Source: a virus. Taken from it: DNA of 64,000 nt. Shown one piece after another: positions 39,869 to 50,800 of the stretch; positions within the stretch are counted from its first letter, which is position 1, and each line of letters opens with the position of its first letter. The DNA lies in the IMG/VR virus record IMGVR_UViG_3300037095_000059; one strand, 5' to 3'. The notes beneath the pieces were generated by a model. It worked only from the letters and a program-made list of their open reading frames with translations. It ran no database searches and was not told the origin of the DNA. A program made the position numbers and the translations under genes.

Positions 39869-40048
39869 AAAACTGATGAAGAATTGGTGGAGTTGACCCT
39901 GGCGGGGATGACTCCCGAGGAAGCAAAAGAAGTAGTCAAGGAGATAAGCTATCGGGCGGCCCTCCTTCTCGGTTTGCCTGTTCAATACCCTTGGTTAACA
40001 GATATGTTTAAGAAAACTCTCAAGAAAGAGGAGGTCTCGAATGCCTAA
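39863..40048 (+). CDS. hypothetical protein
   Basis: ORF-track ORF. The start codon is the ATG of the motif. Confidence 0.5.
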   Translation: MDKTDEELVELTLAGMTPEEAKEVVKEISYRAALLLGLPVQYPWLTDMFKKTLKKEEVSNA

Positions 40049-41519
40049 GACAACCCCCGTACCCGAATACCTGAAGAAGTCAGTCCACCAGATTCATTCC
40101 TTGCATCCCGAAACATCGGCGCGGACGATTGCCAAGCAAATAGGTCTTCATCACAAGACCGTTTCGAGAATACTCAAACAGCAGGAAGTGGACGAGATTG
40201 TGCAGGGGATTCAAGCGGACGATCAGGAGCCCGTCCAGTTACTGGACGAGACAGCGAATGAAGTTCCCAACGGACAGTGGGTGGAGGGGAAGTCCTACGT
40301 CTACAACGGAACAAGTGACAGCTATGTTACAGTCCTCAAGTGCCGCCCGAAACCCCTGGTAATGACGGGAACCAAATTCCGAGCCATGAAAAAGGCGTAC
40401 AGCAACTGGGACGGAAACCCGGCGACGATCAACGAAATATGCCGTAGATTTGCTGTTCCCCGGGATCAGTTCATCGAACTAAAAGCCATTCATGGTTGGA
40501 CCCACGAGCAGGAGCCATATACCCGGGAAGAGGTGATGTCTCGTGAAGTTGACGACCTCGCCGACGACGCTTTCCAGCAACGCAGGCAGTCTATCTGGGA
40601 AGGGTTTGAGAAGAAAAAGTGGCACCAGACCAAGGAGGACGCTCAGAAGTGGAACAACTTGGAGCAGAACTTCATGCTCCCCTTGCAAGATCAACTGTCC
40701 ACTTTGATTCCTTCTTATGAGCCTCCTCGCTTGAACTTAAAGACTTCTCGTAATCCTTTTGCGGTTGTGACCAGCGCGGGAGAACTTCACTACGGGGGGA
40801 GCGGCTGGGTTCTGGAAACTGGGGAAGAGTTTAACCGAGCAGATGCGGAAGAGCGTCTGATTTATGCCCGAACCAGGATGCTAGAAGAAGTGGCGGACAA
40901 GGGGAGGCCCGAGAAGTTCTTCTATTGTGTGGGCCATGACTTCTTAACAGTTGACACCGATTTCGGAACCACGACCAAGGGAACTCCGCAGGAAATGGAC
41001 GGAACCGCCGCTCAGATTCTGGCGGAAGGCTTCGATCTGGCTGTTCGAGACATTGACGCTCTCCGAAGCGTATCTCGAATTCAGATTCTGTCAATTCCCG
41101 GGAACCACGACAGACTTTTGACTGTGGCCTTGCTCAAATTCCTCCAAGCCTGGTACAGAAACCAGGACGACGTGGAAATCGAATTCAGCGCCAAGTCTCG
41201 GTCGTATGCTGCCTATGGAGACACGCTGCTTGGGTTTGCACACGGGGATGGGGCCTTAAAACCCAAGGACTACATGGCGACAATGGCCAAGGAGGCTCCT
41301 GGGTTGTGGGCAAACACGATCTATCGGGCCTTCTTTACAGGGCACCTGCATTCGGAAGTTGTCCGCGAGTTGGTGGGGGGCACCCACTATCAGATGCCGT
41401 CTCTCAGAGGACGCGACCGATTCCACGAACGTCAAGCCTACCTGTCTGAAGCAGCTTTGGCGAGTTATGTAGTAGACCGAGCAAAAGGGATCACTAGCAC
41501 GATCTACACGCGAGTCTGA
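40041..41519 (+). CDS. HTH DNA-binding domain fused to a metallophosphoesterase (SbcD/Mre11-like) domain
   Basis: N-terminal SARTIAKQIGLHHKTVSRILK helix-turn-helix. C-terminal VGHDF, GNHD, FAHGDG, GHLH phosphoesterase motifs. Confidence 0.65.
   Translation: MPKTTPVPEYLKKSVHQIHSLHPETSARTIAKQIGLHHKTVSRILKQQEVDEIVQGIQADDQEPVQLLDETANEVPNGQWVEGKSYVYNGTSDSYVTVLKCRPKPLVMTGTKFRAMKKAYSNWDGNPATINEICRRFAVPRDQFIELKAIHGWTHEQEPYTREEVMSREVDDLADDAFQQRRQSIWEGFEKKKWHQTKEDAQKWNNLEQNFMLPLQDQLSTLIPSYEPPRLNLKTSRNPFAVVTSAGELHYGGSGWVLETGEEFNRADAEERLIYARTRMLEEVADKGRPEKFFYCVGHDFLTVDTDFGTTTKGTPQEMDGTAAQILAEGFDLAVRDIDALRSVSRIQILSIPGNHDRLLTVALLKFLQAWYRNQDDVEIEFSAKSRSYAAYGDTLLGFAHGDGALKPKDYMATMAKEAPGLWANTIYRAFFTGHLHSEVVRELVGGTHYQMPSLRGRDRFHERQAYLSEAALASYVVDRAKGITSTIYTRV
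40233..40247 (+). repeat. dispersed motif, 1-mismatch variant
   Basis: gtccagttactggac inside CDS 40041..41519 (VQLLD). Confidence 0.6.
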
Positions 41520-41521
41520 CA

Positions 41522-42178
41522 ATGATCGAGTCCATAAAAACTAAGATTTGTGCGGGTTGTCGATCTTTACTGGAGGCCGACAACTTTCACAAAAACCAAA
41601 ACTCTCCAGACGGGCTTTGCCGACTGTGTAAGGGCTGCACGAGAGAGTATCAAAAAAGATGGAGAGCAGACAACAAGGAGTCTATAAAAACTCGTTTTCA
41701 AAACAGACCGAAGGCTCGGAAAGAGAGGGACAACGCCCGAACAAGGGCCTGGACGGCGGAGCATCCCGAAGAAAAGAAAGCAATGGATGCCCAATATCGA
41801 AGTCTCCACAAGGACGAGAAGAAGAAACGACACGACCTCCGGATGGGAAATGATGTTCAGTACAAGTTAGCGTGCGACTTGCGTTGGAGAATGAATCGGG
41901 CTATTCGTCTCTGTTCTAAGTCTGGATCGGCTGTCAAGGATTTGGGGTGCTCAATTGAAGAACTCAAGAAGCACCTCGAATCAAAATTTCAACCGGGAAT
42001 GACTTGGGACAATTGGGGGTTTGGGGAAGGTTGTTGGCATATCGACCATGTTCGTCCTCTAATATCCTTCAACTTGGAAGATCGAACGCAGTTTCTAATC
42101 GCTTGTAACTTTCGTAATCTTCAACCCTTATGGGCGAAAGAAAACATTTCAAAGGGCGGAAAATTTACGCGAGTTTAG
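41522..42178 (+). CDS. HNH endonuclease with N-terminal Cys-rich and basic repeat region
   Basis: CAGC...CRLCKGC, then basic repeats, then WHIDHVRPL...NLQPLWAKENISK (HNH). Confidence 0.7.
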   Translation: MIESIKTKICAGCRSLLEADNFHKNQNSPDGLCRLCKGCTREYQKRWRADNKESIKTRFQNRPKARKERDNARTRAWTAEHPEEKKAMDAQYRSLHKDEKKKRHDLRMGNDVQYKLACDLRWRMNRAIRLCSKSGSAVKDLGCSIEELKKHLESKFQPGMTWDNWGFGEGCWHIDHVRPLISFNLEDRTQFLIACNFRNLQPLWAKENISKGGKFTRV

Positions 42179-42192
42179 TCCGGATAATGGAC
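42178..42192 (+). repeat. dispersed motif, exact
   Basis: gtccggataatggac. Its first G is the G of the upstream TAG stop. AGGAGG and ATG 42203 follow. Confidence 0.9.
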
Positions 42193-42202
42193 AGGAGGAA
42201 TC

Positions 42203-42415
42203 ATGTCAGACGGTTTGAAGATGAAGTATTTCGTGCTGAAACCCGAGGGGACGGACGACTACGCTCGGGCTTCGAGAGCCGCGATGATGACGTATGCGGA
42301 TTTTATCGTCACAAAGAACCCGGAGCTTACAGAAGAACTTCGGGCCTGGGCTGGCCGAGAATTCATCAATGCTCTTGAAACTGGGGAGAAGGAACGAGAG
42401 GCGGCAAGACAGTAA
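42203..42415 (+). CDS. hypothetical protein
   Basis: AGGAGG lies 6 nt before the ATG. Confidence 0.5.
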   Translation: MSDGLKMKYFVLKPEGTDDYARASRAAMMTYADFIVTKNPELTEELRAWAGREFINALETGEKEREAARQ

Positions 42416-42801
42416 TGGCCTACCAGAAAACCATTTGTGTCGATTTCGATGGCACCATAGTAGACCACGAGTTCCCAAAGATCGGTGCGCTCAAACCCGG
42501 GGCCCGGTCTGCGCTCCAGGCTTTCCGTCGGATGGGATTCCGCATCATTGTTTGGTCCTGCCGAACTTGTAAGTGGCAGGAAGACACCTTCGGGAGTTGG
42601 GACTGCCCGACTTTGGAACGGCCTCTAGTCCGGGAGATGATTGAGTTCTTGGACAAAGAAGGTGTTCCCTACGACGAGATTGACGACGGGGAAAAGGGTA
42701 AACCCTTGGCTGATCTTTACCTCGACGACAAAGCTCTCCGGGTCGAGGATAACTGGGGAGACGTAGCGCAATGGGTGCGTGAGAACGGGGGGCGGCTTTG
42801 A
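42415..42801 (+). CDS. HAD-superfamily-like hydrolase
   Basis: TAATG junction with the upstream gene. ICVDFDGTIV is HAD motif I. YLDDKA lies near the C-terminus. Confidence 0.65.
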   Translation: MAYQKTICVDFDGTIVDHEFPKIGALKPGARSALQAFRRMGFRIIVWSCRTCKWQEDTFGSWDCPTLERPLVREMIEFLDKEGVPYDEIDDGEKGKPLADLYLDDKALRVEDNWGDVAQWVRENGGRL

Positions 42802-43118
42802 GCTTACTGCCGAGCGGAGCAAAAAAGCGGAAGGAAACCCCAATAGCCACAGGAGTCCTCGACTACTTCCCCAAGTCTATGGCCGAGATTTCACGTGTGT
42901 CTCTGGCGGGCAACAGGCAGCATTTTCCTCCTGGGACTCCTTTGCACTGGGACCGGGATAAGTCCGTGGACGACGCGGATGCCCTTATTCGACATTTCAT
43001 CGAGAGAGGGACAGTAGACGAGAACGGAATCAGGGCCACCGCCCGCATGGCTTGGAGAGCTTTGGCTGTTTTGGAGCGGGAACTGGACGCCGTCGAAGTT
43101 ACCGTTCAGGAATCTTAA
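42798..43118 (+). CDS. DUF5664-like (dATP/dGTP diphosphohydrolase N-terminal domain-like), tentative
   Basis: LDYFP.....ISRVSLAGN......W......DADALIRH pattern recalled from that family. The TTG start overlaps the upstream TGA. Confidence 0.45.
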   Translation: MSLLPSGAKKRKETPIATGVLDYFPKSMAEISRVSLAGNRQHFPPGTPLHWDRDKSVDDADALIRHFIERGTVDENGIRATARMAWRALAVLERELDAVEVTVQES

Positions 43119-43161
43119 CGCAATACCGGCTTAGGACCAGAATAATGTTCCCGAGCGGGAA

Positions 43162-43176
43162 GTCCATTAACCGGAC
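43162..43176 (-). repeat. dispersed motif, exact (reverse)
   Basis: gtccattaaccggac. It is intergenic, 6 nt before ATG 43182. Confidence 0.9.
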
Positions 43177-43181
43177 AGACT

Positions 43182-43688
43182 ATGTACAAAGAAGCAGTTA
43201 TTAGCGACGACGAGGTTTATCGCTATTCTCTTTACCGAGAGTGGTCGGAGGACCTGTTTGATGTTCGGATTCTAAACTTCGTTATGTTGAACCCCAGTAC
43301 CGCCGACGCCGACAAGGACGATCCGACTATACGAAAATGCGTGGGGTTAGCAAAACTTGGGAACTTTAATGCAATCCGGGTAGTCAATTTATTTGCCTTC
43401 AGAGCAACTAAGCCCGGAGACATGCAGTGGTCACATATCAATGGTGGGGACATAGTAGGGCCAAACAACGATTCCTATGTCCAGGAAATTCCTCCCAAAG
43501 AGACTGTAGTAGCTGCCTGGGGAGCAACCTTCAAGAACGAATACTTCTGGAAAAGACGAGTTAGTAAAACCATAGAACTTCTTAATCGGAGTTTGTGGTG
43601 CCTGAAGAAAACCAAAGATGGAAATCCGTGGCATCCTTTGTATGTGCCCTACGGACCGCTGATTGAGTTTCAAAACGTCAACACTTAA
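43182..43688 (+). CDS. DUF1643-family protein
   Basis: YRYSLYREW...NFVMLNPSTADADKDDPTIRKC...VVNLFAFRATKP matches the conserved DUF1643 core as I recall it. Confidence 0.65.
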   Translation: MYKEAVISDDEVYRYSLYREWSEDLFDVRILNFVMLNPSTADADKDDPTIRKCVGLAKLGNFNAIRVVNLFAFRATKPGDMQWSHINGGDIVGPNNDSYVQEIPPKETVVAAWGATFKNEYFWKRRVSKTIELLNRSLWCLKKTKDGNPWHPLYVPYGPLIEFQNVNT

Positions 43689-43709
43689 CCACAAGTAATG
43701 AGGAGAAAC

Positions 43710-44036
43710 ATGGAGCACACTCGGGAATTTATAGCCGGATACCGGCAAGCGGTTGGAGAGGCGACAGAGCCTTTTCCACTGCTTGAAGTTCCGGGGAAGA
43801 CCGTCAACAATTTGATGGAAGACCGGCGAAAGAAACTGCTCACCAAGAAGGTAACCCGGTGGCTGATCGTAATACCGGCTACCGAACAAGGGTGCGTGTC
43901 TGACCCGGCCAGGCAGTATGAATACTACTCGTCGGATCGACTTCTTTACGACTCCAAAGAATCCGCAGAGGCCGCTTCAGTCCGTTATGAAGAAACCTTT
44001 GGCATATTCCCCGTCGAAATCGAAGTACCACTTTAG
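43710..44036 (+). CDS. hypothetical protein (last gene of the + arm)
   Basis: GAGGAG lies 5 nt before ATG 43710. The TAG stop abuts the motif at 44036. Confidence 0.55.
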   Translation: MEHTREFIAGYRQAVGEATEPFPLLEVPGKTVNNLMEDRRKKLLTKKVTRWLIVIPATEQGCVSDPARQYEYYSSDRLLYDSKESAEAASVRYEETFGIFPVEIEVPL

Positions 44037-44050
44037 TCCGGGTAATGGAC
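44036..44050 (+). repeat. dispersed motif, exact
   Basis: gtccgggtaatggac. Its first G is the G of the last + strand stop codon. No gene follows. Confidence 0.9.
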
Positions 44051-44140
44051 AAGGTTCTCGAAGGCCGGTGTCGCATCCGCCATCAGTCGGAGCCGGTCTC
44101 ATAAAGCAAGCCGCCTGTCTTGTGAGAAAAACAGGCACAC

Positions 44141-44175
44141 AAAAAGGCCCTCCGTTTTGGAGGGCCTTAGTGTTT
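44141..44175. terminator. bidirectional rho-independent terminator
   Basis: AAAAA GGCCCTCC gtttt GGAGGGCC TTAGTGTTTG. An 8-bp GC-rich stem has an A-run on one side and a T-rich tract on the other. It sits exactly between the convergent gene arms. Confidence 0.65.
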
Positions 44176-44190
44176 GTAGCGGGTTGTTAG

Positions 44191-44832
44191 TTATTCTTCT
44201 AGTCTGAGCTTCTTCATTTCTTTCGGGTCCTTGTCTGGCATGTTTCCCTCCCCCTTGTATGAGGGAGTATACACCCTGTCCGGTGTTCCGGTATTGGTCC
44301 AGGCGTGTGTTTGTCCCGCGTATTTATCTGCCGCATCTCCGCTAGAAAAGACTCCAAGATGTTCTTTGGTTTTGACGTAGTGTTTCTTGGCCTCCTCGTA
44401 CAAAGCGTCGTTAGCCTCCTTGTCTTTTTCGTCCGGTTTCTTTCCGGAGGAGGTCAAGAACTTACCGTCGGCTATCTGCGGGATCAGGGCGTACCTCGGG
44501 GCGTGGTCGTAATCTTCTTCCGGCCACAGTTCTCCCTTTTCATCGAGGGGGATGGTTGCTGAATAAATACTGCTATAGGAGCCATCCTCGTTCCGAATTC
44601 CAGGACGGTGGTTGACATCAATATTTCCGGACTGAACCATGCCGGGAACAGGCGTTCCTTGAAGCGGCCCCACGTCGTAAACAGGAGGGGGAACCGGCTG
44701 CGGGTTTGGTTTGGTTGTTCCGGGGGTCGGGACTCCGGAGTCCATCACATACCCAGCCGGAAGAGCCGCGTCTAATACATACCCCGGGGGAGGGGTTGGT
44801 TGTCCGGATAATGGACTTGCTGGGCTACCCAT
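44191..44832 (-). CDS. virion-module protein, Pro-rich N-terminus
   Basis: ORF-track ORF. The start overlaps the giant ORF stop (ATGGGTAG). A GNIDVNHRPGIRNEDGS segment is present. No function assigned. Confidence 0.65.
   Translation of the reverse strand: MGSPASPLSGQPTPPPGYVLDAALPAGYVMDSGVPTPGTTKPNPQPVPPPVYDVGPLQGTPVPGMVQSGNIDVNHRPGIRNEDGSYSSIYSATIPLDEKGELWPEEDYDHAPRYALIPQIADGKFLTSSGKKPDEKDKEANDALYEEAKKHYVKTKEHLGVFSSGDAADKYAGQTHAWTNTGTPDRVYTPSYKGEGNMPDKDPKEMKKLRLEE
44802..44816 (+). repeat. dispersed motif, exact
   Basis: gtccggataatggac within codons 6-11 of the - strand CDS 44191..44832 (SPLSGQ). Confidence 0.9.
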
Positions 44833-47800
44833 TTATAGGTTCTCCCGTTTGGCGATCAACCCAATTGTGCCCGTCATTCGAAGCGACCTGGTGTCCTGTT
44901 ATCGGATGAGTTGCCGTGTGAAGATACTGTTGGACGCCCGCGTTAAGATGTGCTGCTTCTTGCTGAACCGCAGGAGGAATAACAGGAGCGGGTGCCGCCG
45001 ATGCTTGCGGGATTCCCCCTGGGTGCATCATGTTCAGAATCCTCTGGAGCACCGGGTCCTTGGCTCTTTCAGAGGGAGTCATGTCCTTCATGGCCTTGGC
45101 TGTGTACCGTTTCATCACCGACTGAGTTAAGGGGATGAGCGCGGTTTTCTCGCTGTTGTTCATTGTATCGAACAGCTTGAAAAACTCAGCAGCGGGCAGC
45201 CTAGATGCTCTCGTGTACAACGAGGCCATCGTGGAGTCCATGCCTTTTGTCTTGGTCAGGTTGAGTTGGATTTTCTTCAGTTCGGACTCTTTGAGTTGGT
45301 CTGTGTTATAAGCCAACTTGACCAACTCCGGCCACGAAGTTTCCCCGGACCTTACCTGATCTTCCAGGTCCATGATTCTCCGGTGCCTGTCCATTTGAGC
45401 CTTGTCTATCGGGCCGTCTTCGTTGTGATTTGCGGCAAGCTCGGCTGCCATCTTCTGTGCAGGAGTAGCGTACACTTGGGCGGTTCCGCCCCCCGCTTTC
45501 CAAACCTGGCCCACGGTTCCAACTTGGGGCCCGGTTCCGGTGACAGCCTGTCCGATAGCCTGTCCAGGGATAGGCATCATGTTGTGGAACACGTCAGCCC
45601 ACAGGTCTTCCGGACCTAGCTTACGCCCGAAGGAGTCGCGCTGCGTCAGTAGTTCTTGTCCGGCATGAATTGTGGGCGACAACCGGCCCTTGATGAAGCC
45701 CACAGGGTCTGTAGCAGCGTGAAGAAGGTCAGTCGGCAACGTCCTCATCCCGAAGATGATTTCCTTGCCTTCCTTGTTCTTGACAGCCAAGCCGAAGGGG
45801 GCTTCCAAGTGCGGACTTCCCGTGGACAAGGTGTTGAGGACTCTTGCGATTCCCCACATTCCCAGGGTCATCATCACGACCTGTTTGCGGCCTATGTTAC
45901 CTTCTTCTCGGTTGAAGAGTCGGGCCCCACTTCTCATTTCCGATTCTAACCAGTCCGGGGCCAGAAGCATTAAGCGGCCCCAGTCCTGCGTAGTTGTGGA
46001 GCGCCCCATCGCTCTCCAATTGATACCGCCAAAACTTTCGTTTGCGTGCAGAGCCGCAGCTTTGGCCACGCGGTCATTGGACCACTCTGGGTGAGACGCT
46101 CGGTACTGGTCAAACAAGTGCTCGCCCGCCGTCGCTTTCATGGCAGGAATGTAACGTTTGAACAAGAAGTCCTGATACCAGTTCATGGAGTTGGCAATTG
46201 TGTTTCCAATTCCTGGAATCCTGCGCAAGGCATCACCCCCCGTGGACAAGCCTTCGGACATCTGTTGTTGGCCCCGGAAGTCCGTTCCAGTGGTGTAGCC
46301 CTGGCGAACCATTGCCAGGAGCTTCGTTTCTGAATGTGGATTAGATGGGTCGATCTTAGCCCCATCCAAAAGGTCAGGTCCGTGGAGAGTAAACGGGTTG
46401 ATCCCAGTCATCACACCACGGAGCCCAATCTGGACCATGTGGAATGGAGACAGAGACAGCAGGACATGCTTAGCCGCAGACCCCGCGCCCAACAACGCTT
46501 TGCCTATGGGGTTTTTGGCGATTCCAGACTCTTCCAAGCCCAGCCTGTTCTTCAGGTACTGAGCAAATTCGGGGTGGGCCTTGATGTCGGCATCAACTAG
46601 GATACCGTGCCCGGCGGAGTCGTTGGTCACAAAGTTCCAGCCGCGCATAGCGTTGTGATCCAGCGTGACGTAGTCCTGCGGGTCCCAGGCATAGACGGGC
46701 TTCTGTGCGCCGTTGAACTCGCGCAGGCCCGAGTAGTCTTTGTTCGCCAGCATGGACTTCAGGTACATGAGGTCGGTCCGAAGTTTATTGTTTCCCATTT
46801 CGTCGTACTGTGCGTTCTTACTCAGAGCCTGCTTTTCCAGACGATCAATTGCCATCCCGATGTTGTCCGGATGAACGTGGGGCGTTATGTCCTTGATGGT
46901 GCCGTCGGCCAGGAAGCGGTCGAAGTACCCCGTCTTCTTCATTTCGTCAATGTTGCTCTGCGCGATGTTGATTTTCTGCACGCGGTCCGGGGAGATGAAT
47001 GTCTTGGGGTCTTCCCCGTCTTGACCAGTTACAACTCTGCCCGATCCCGCGAGAACCACCGCCGGTCGGCCATCGCTTCCCCGGGAGAAATCGTCTCTCA
47101 GGCTACGAATGAACTGCCGGTTGGCTGCGGCCTTGATGATTTCGGCTCTGCCCCTGGCCATGTTGTTCACTATGTCGAACTTCAACTGCTTGGGGGATTT
47201 CAACAGCCCGGTCAAGGTTGAGTCATATACGCGGCGGCGTGCCATCGTTACGTTGGTGGCAAACTTTCCGTTCTTGGCATCAGAGGATATAACTCGACCT
47301 TCCGGGTTGGAGTTATCCCATGTCCGCTGGAAGTAGTCGTCGATGTAGTGTTGCAATATGTCGTTTGTCGAGCCTATTTCGAAGCTGCGGTCGTGCTCGT
47401 TCCTGATGAAGTCCATTGCGGATTTCATCTGGGGGTCAGGCGCGGTGGTTGCCGCTTTCCTATGCACACTCATCACCAAGTCCCGGTATTCCTTGGGCTT
47501 GTCTTTGAAGACGTTATTCTGGATCATGTCGTCGATGTTCGGCGGGAGATGTCCATTATCCGGACTTTCTCTTGAGAACAGCGGCTGACCTTGATGCAGG
47601 ACAGACTCACGCATGGAATCTGTGATGGGGAAGTAGGGAACAGCAGAAGTTTTGACTTCCTTTTGGATATTTAACTTTCCGCCGATTTTTTCTGCGTAGG
47701 CTTCCGATCCAAAATCCCGTACAGCTTCTGCAAAAGGAATCCGGCTATAACGCACTTCATAAGCAACAGCCCGGGCTTGCCCCTCAAGTTGAGTTCCTTC

Positions 47801-50800
47801 TGCTTCCGAAGCTATTTTGTCTAGGTCCGCTGTCGATAGGGTCGGTCCCTCATATATTCTTGTTTTAGACCCGTCAGATACCTTGATCTTCGTCTCCCCA
47901 ACCTTAGCCCCAAACTGTTTTCCAAGTTTGTTGGCAACCTGCGGGGTGATCTGATCGTAGTAGCTTTCGAATCCTTCCTTCCGGGGCATGCTCGCTCCGG
48001 TTGGCTCTGTCTGCATCCGATCCCAGAGTTTCTTGGTGACAGCGTCTACCTTCTCACGACCAGCAATATGCAGGACCCGGTGTACAATTGCTCTCAGGTC
48101 GGCTTGGGACTTTACTTGTCCTCCACTTTTGTTGAGCAATCCCCGGCGCGTAGCTTCGCCTTCTAGATCAACCCCTCCGGCATTTCCGCCGTGCTGATAT
48201 GTTCCAGCAACCGTCCATTTTCCGTCTTCGGTCTTTTCCCAATCGAAGCGTTCCGACCCCCACCGGTTGAAGTGTTCAACTCCCGGGGTCCACGAGATTC
48301 CATCATATCCGTTTTCGGCGGCGTATCGGATCATTCTCTTGAAGAATAATCCGGTCCATTCGTCTGTCTTCTTGAAGGGGGCGTCGGGGACTCCAGAATG
48401 GACAGTCTCTTTGCTGATTTCGTTCAGACGAGCCTGTAGCTCCGGATGAACGTCTCCGGCGTCCGGTCTTGTTGAGTGGGTCCGGTCGTATTCTCGGGGG
48501 TCTAGTTCTCCCGTTTCCGGGTCTATCGCATGAACCTTGACACTCCAAACACGATCCCATCCCTTTCCGTTGGGGTCTGCGGGATGGAAAGAGATTACCT
48601 TGTCTTTTCCTCCGTAGCTGTTTACAATATTTCCTGGCTTGAAGTAGTTCGCAAGTTCTTCGTCGGTTACCGGGTCCTTCAGTCTTTCGCGGAGATCGGA
48701 CGCTTCCTTACGGAGACTCTCAATTCTTGCTGGGTCGAGATTGTACCCCTGTGTCCTTCCTTTCTGGTGCCAATCAGATTGCAGTTCTTCCAGGTGCAGC
48801 AGCTTCTCGCCGTTGGGGCCTGTGCGGTCGTTGAAGCGGACATGGCCTACTACGTTGGGTTCGTCCCAGTGAGCGGAGCGGAAGTCCTCGTTATAATCGA
48901 ATACATTCTTCGATTGCCCGTAGTTTGGAAGCGTCATCAACAACTCTCGGTACGAACCTGGTTCTGCTCCGGGGAGGGTGTATGTGCCGAATTTGGCGGG
49001 GTCAAATTTTTCTCCGGCATCCCACCTGTTTACCGCACTATCAACGACCTCTCTTTGGTCTTCAGAAAGACCACCATAATCTCTTCCATAAAGCTGTCTG
49101 GAAATCCTATCCGGCGGGGGAGTGTTTTCCTGTTTCGTAACCTCTTGTACCTGCAAGTTATTCGCCGCCAGGTAGTCCTTGACTTCTTCCGGACGCACGG
49201 GGGCGCTTCCCTTCTCGCGGAGGAAGTCAGAGAGACCTGTGTATTTTAGCTCGTCCGGTTTTACGCCGTTGTTCTCCAGCATTTTGAGAACGGTGTCGGC
49301 GGGCATGGGTCCTTGCATCCGGCTATCAACTAGCTGGTTGGACTTCAAGTACCAGACGGGAGCGCGGTTATCCTTCTCTTTGGAAAACAGTCCATTATCC
49401 GGACCGAATTCTGTGTCAAATAATGAAGCTCCTGATTTCCGAGCAAGGTGTGAGGCTATCCGCGAGTCTCTGCGGGCGGCTTCGAGTCTACCAGCCGCGT
49501 TAAGAAGTTCAGGACTAGAGCCCGCAGCTTCTCCGGTGGAAGGTTTTCTTGGGACGTAGGTTTCGAGTTTTGTGTCGAGGGCATTGAGGTCTCCTCCAAG
49601 TTTCTTGATTACGCCCCTGATTTCGGGGTTGGTTTTGAGCATGTCCGCAAAGTCAGCAGAGTGTTGGGCCACAAGTTCGGGTGTTAGCAGTCCTTGCTTG
49701 ATAATTTCTTGCGGGGGTATCCAGCGGTCGTTCCCCCAACCAGACAGTTCGGCCAGAGATTTGATGAAGCACCAGATTGCGGCCTGCGCCTGGCGAGGCT
49801 CGACGCCCTCCGCCTTGGCCGCTTCGCGGACCTTGGCAGACATGGCGTCATAAACTGCTGGTTTGTTAATCCGATTCGGGTCGTGATCTCCGAAGACCGC
49901 CATCCAGGTGTCGTTTGTGACCCGGCTTGAATCCTTGCCCAGGTTCTTTGTGAAAGAAGATACCTTGGGGCCGGATAGAGGCTCTCCCTGTAAGGCGTGA
50001 ATAGCGTTGCCCATTCTTGCAGGCAGGTCTACGCCTTGTGTTTCTCCACGACCGGCGAGAACTCTGTAGAGAGAAGCGTTCTTGCTGGCGACCTTCCCGT
50101 CTTTCCAGGTTACGTCCTGGGGGCGGCCCGCCTTGTCCCACTTGGCCCAGAGGTTGAGGGCCATGCGCAGGTTGGCTTGAACCGGCTGAACCGGGGATAG
50201 AGCGGCGGTAAAGTTCAGGAACTTGTCTTTGTCCGCTTTCCCCAGCCACGGAATTCCAGAGTCGATCAGAGCGTCGAAGGCCCGGGTCGATCTTTCATAC
50301 CACAACTGTCCGGCTTTGCCCGCACGAATAGCAGCCGTCCACTCTTCGTGGTCGGGCATGGAGTTGAAGGCGGCGGTGAGCAGGTTCTGCTTTTCGGGTG
50401 TGTCGTGCTTCTGAACTTCCTCTGGGGTAAGGTGGGACTTGATGTCTTCCCACTCTGCGGGTTTTTCTCGGGAAGCCAGTCCGGATAATGGACTGATTGG
50501 TTCTCCGCGAAGAGCAGCTTTTTGAACGGCTTCCCCGCCTTGGTATGAGTCTACCCGTACCCCTTGTCCGGGTTCGTAAGGTCCTTTGTACGTTGGGTCA
50601 TACGCCATGAACACAACGTCGGGATGGCCACCGTTGTACTGCTTCATTTTGTCGTAGTTCCAACCTTCGGGGGCATATGCGTCATTCCACGGAAGACGAG
50701 CCACGACCTTCATTCCCTCCCGAGCGTTTATTGCCGGAAGGTAGGTATCGAATCCGTCGGACCGACGCCCTCCATTTTCAATAGCAACGCGCATCAAATT

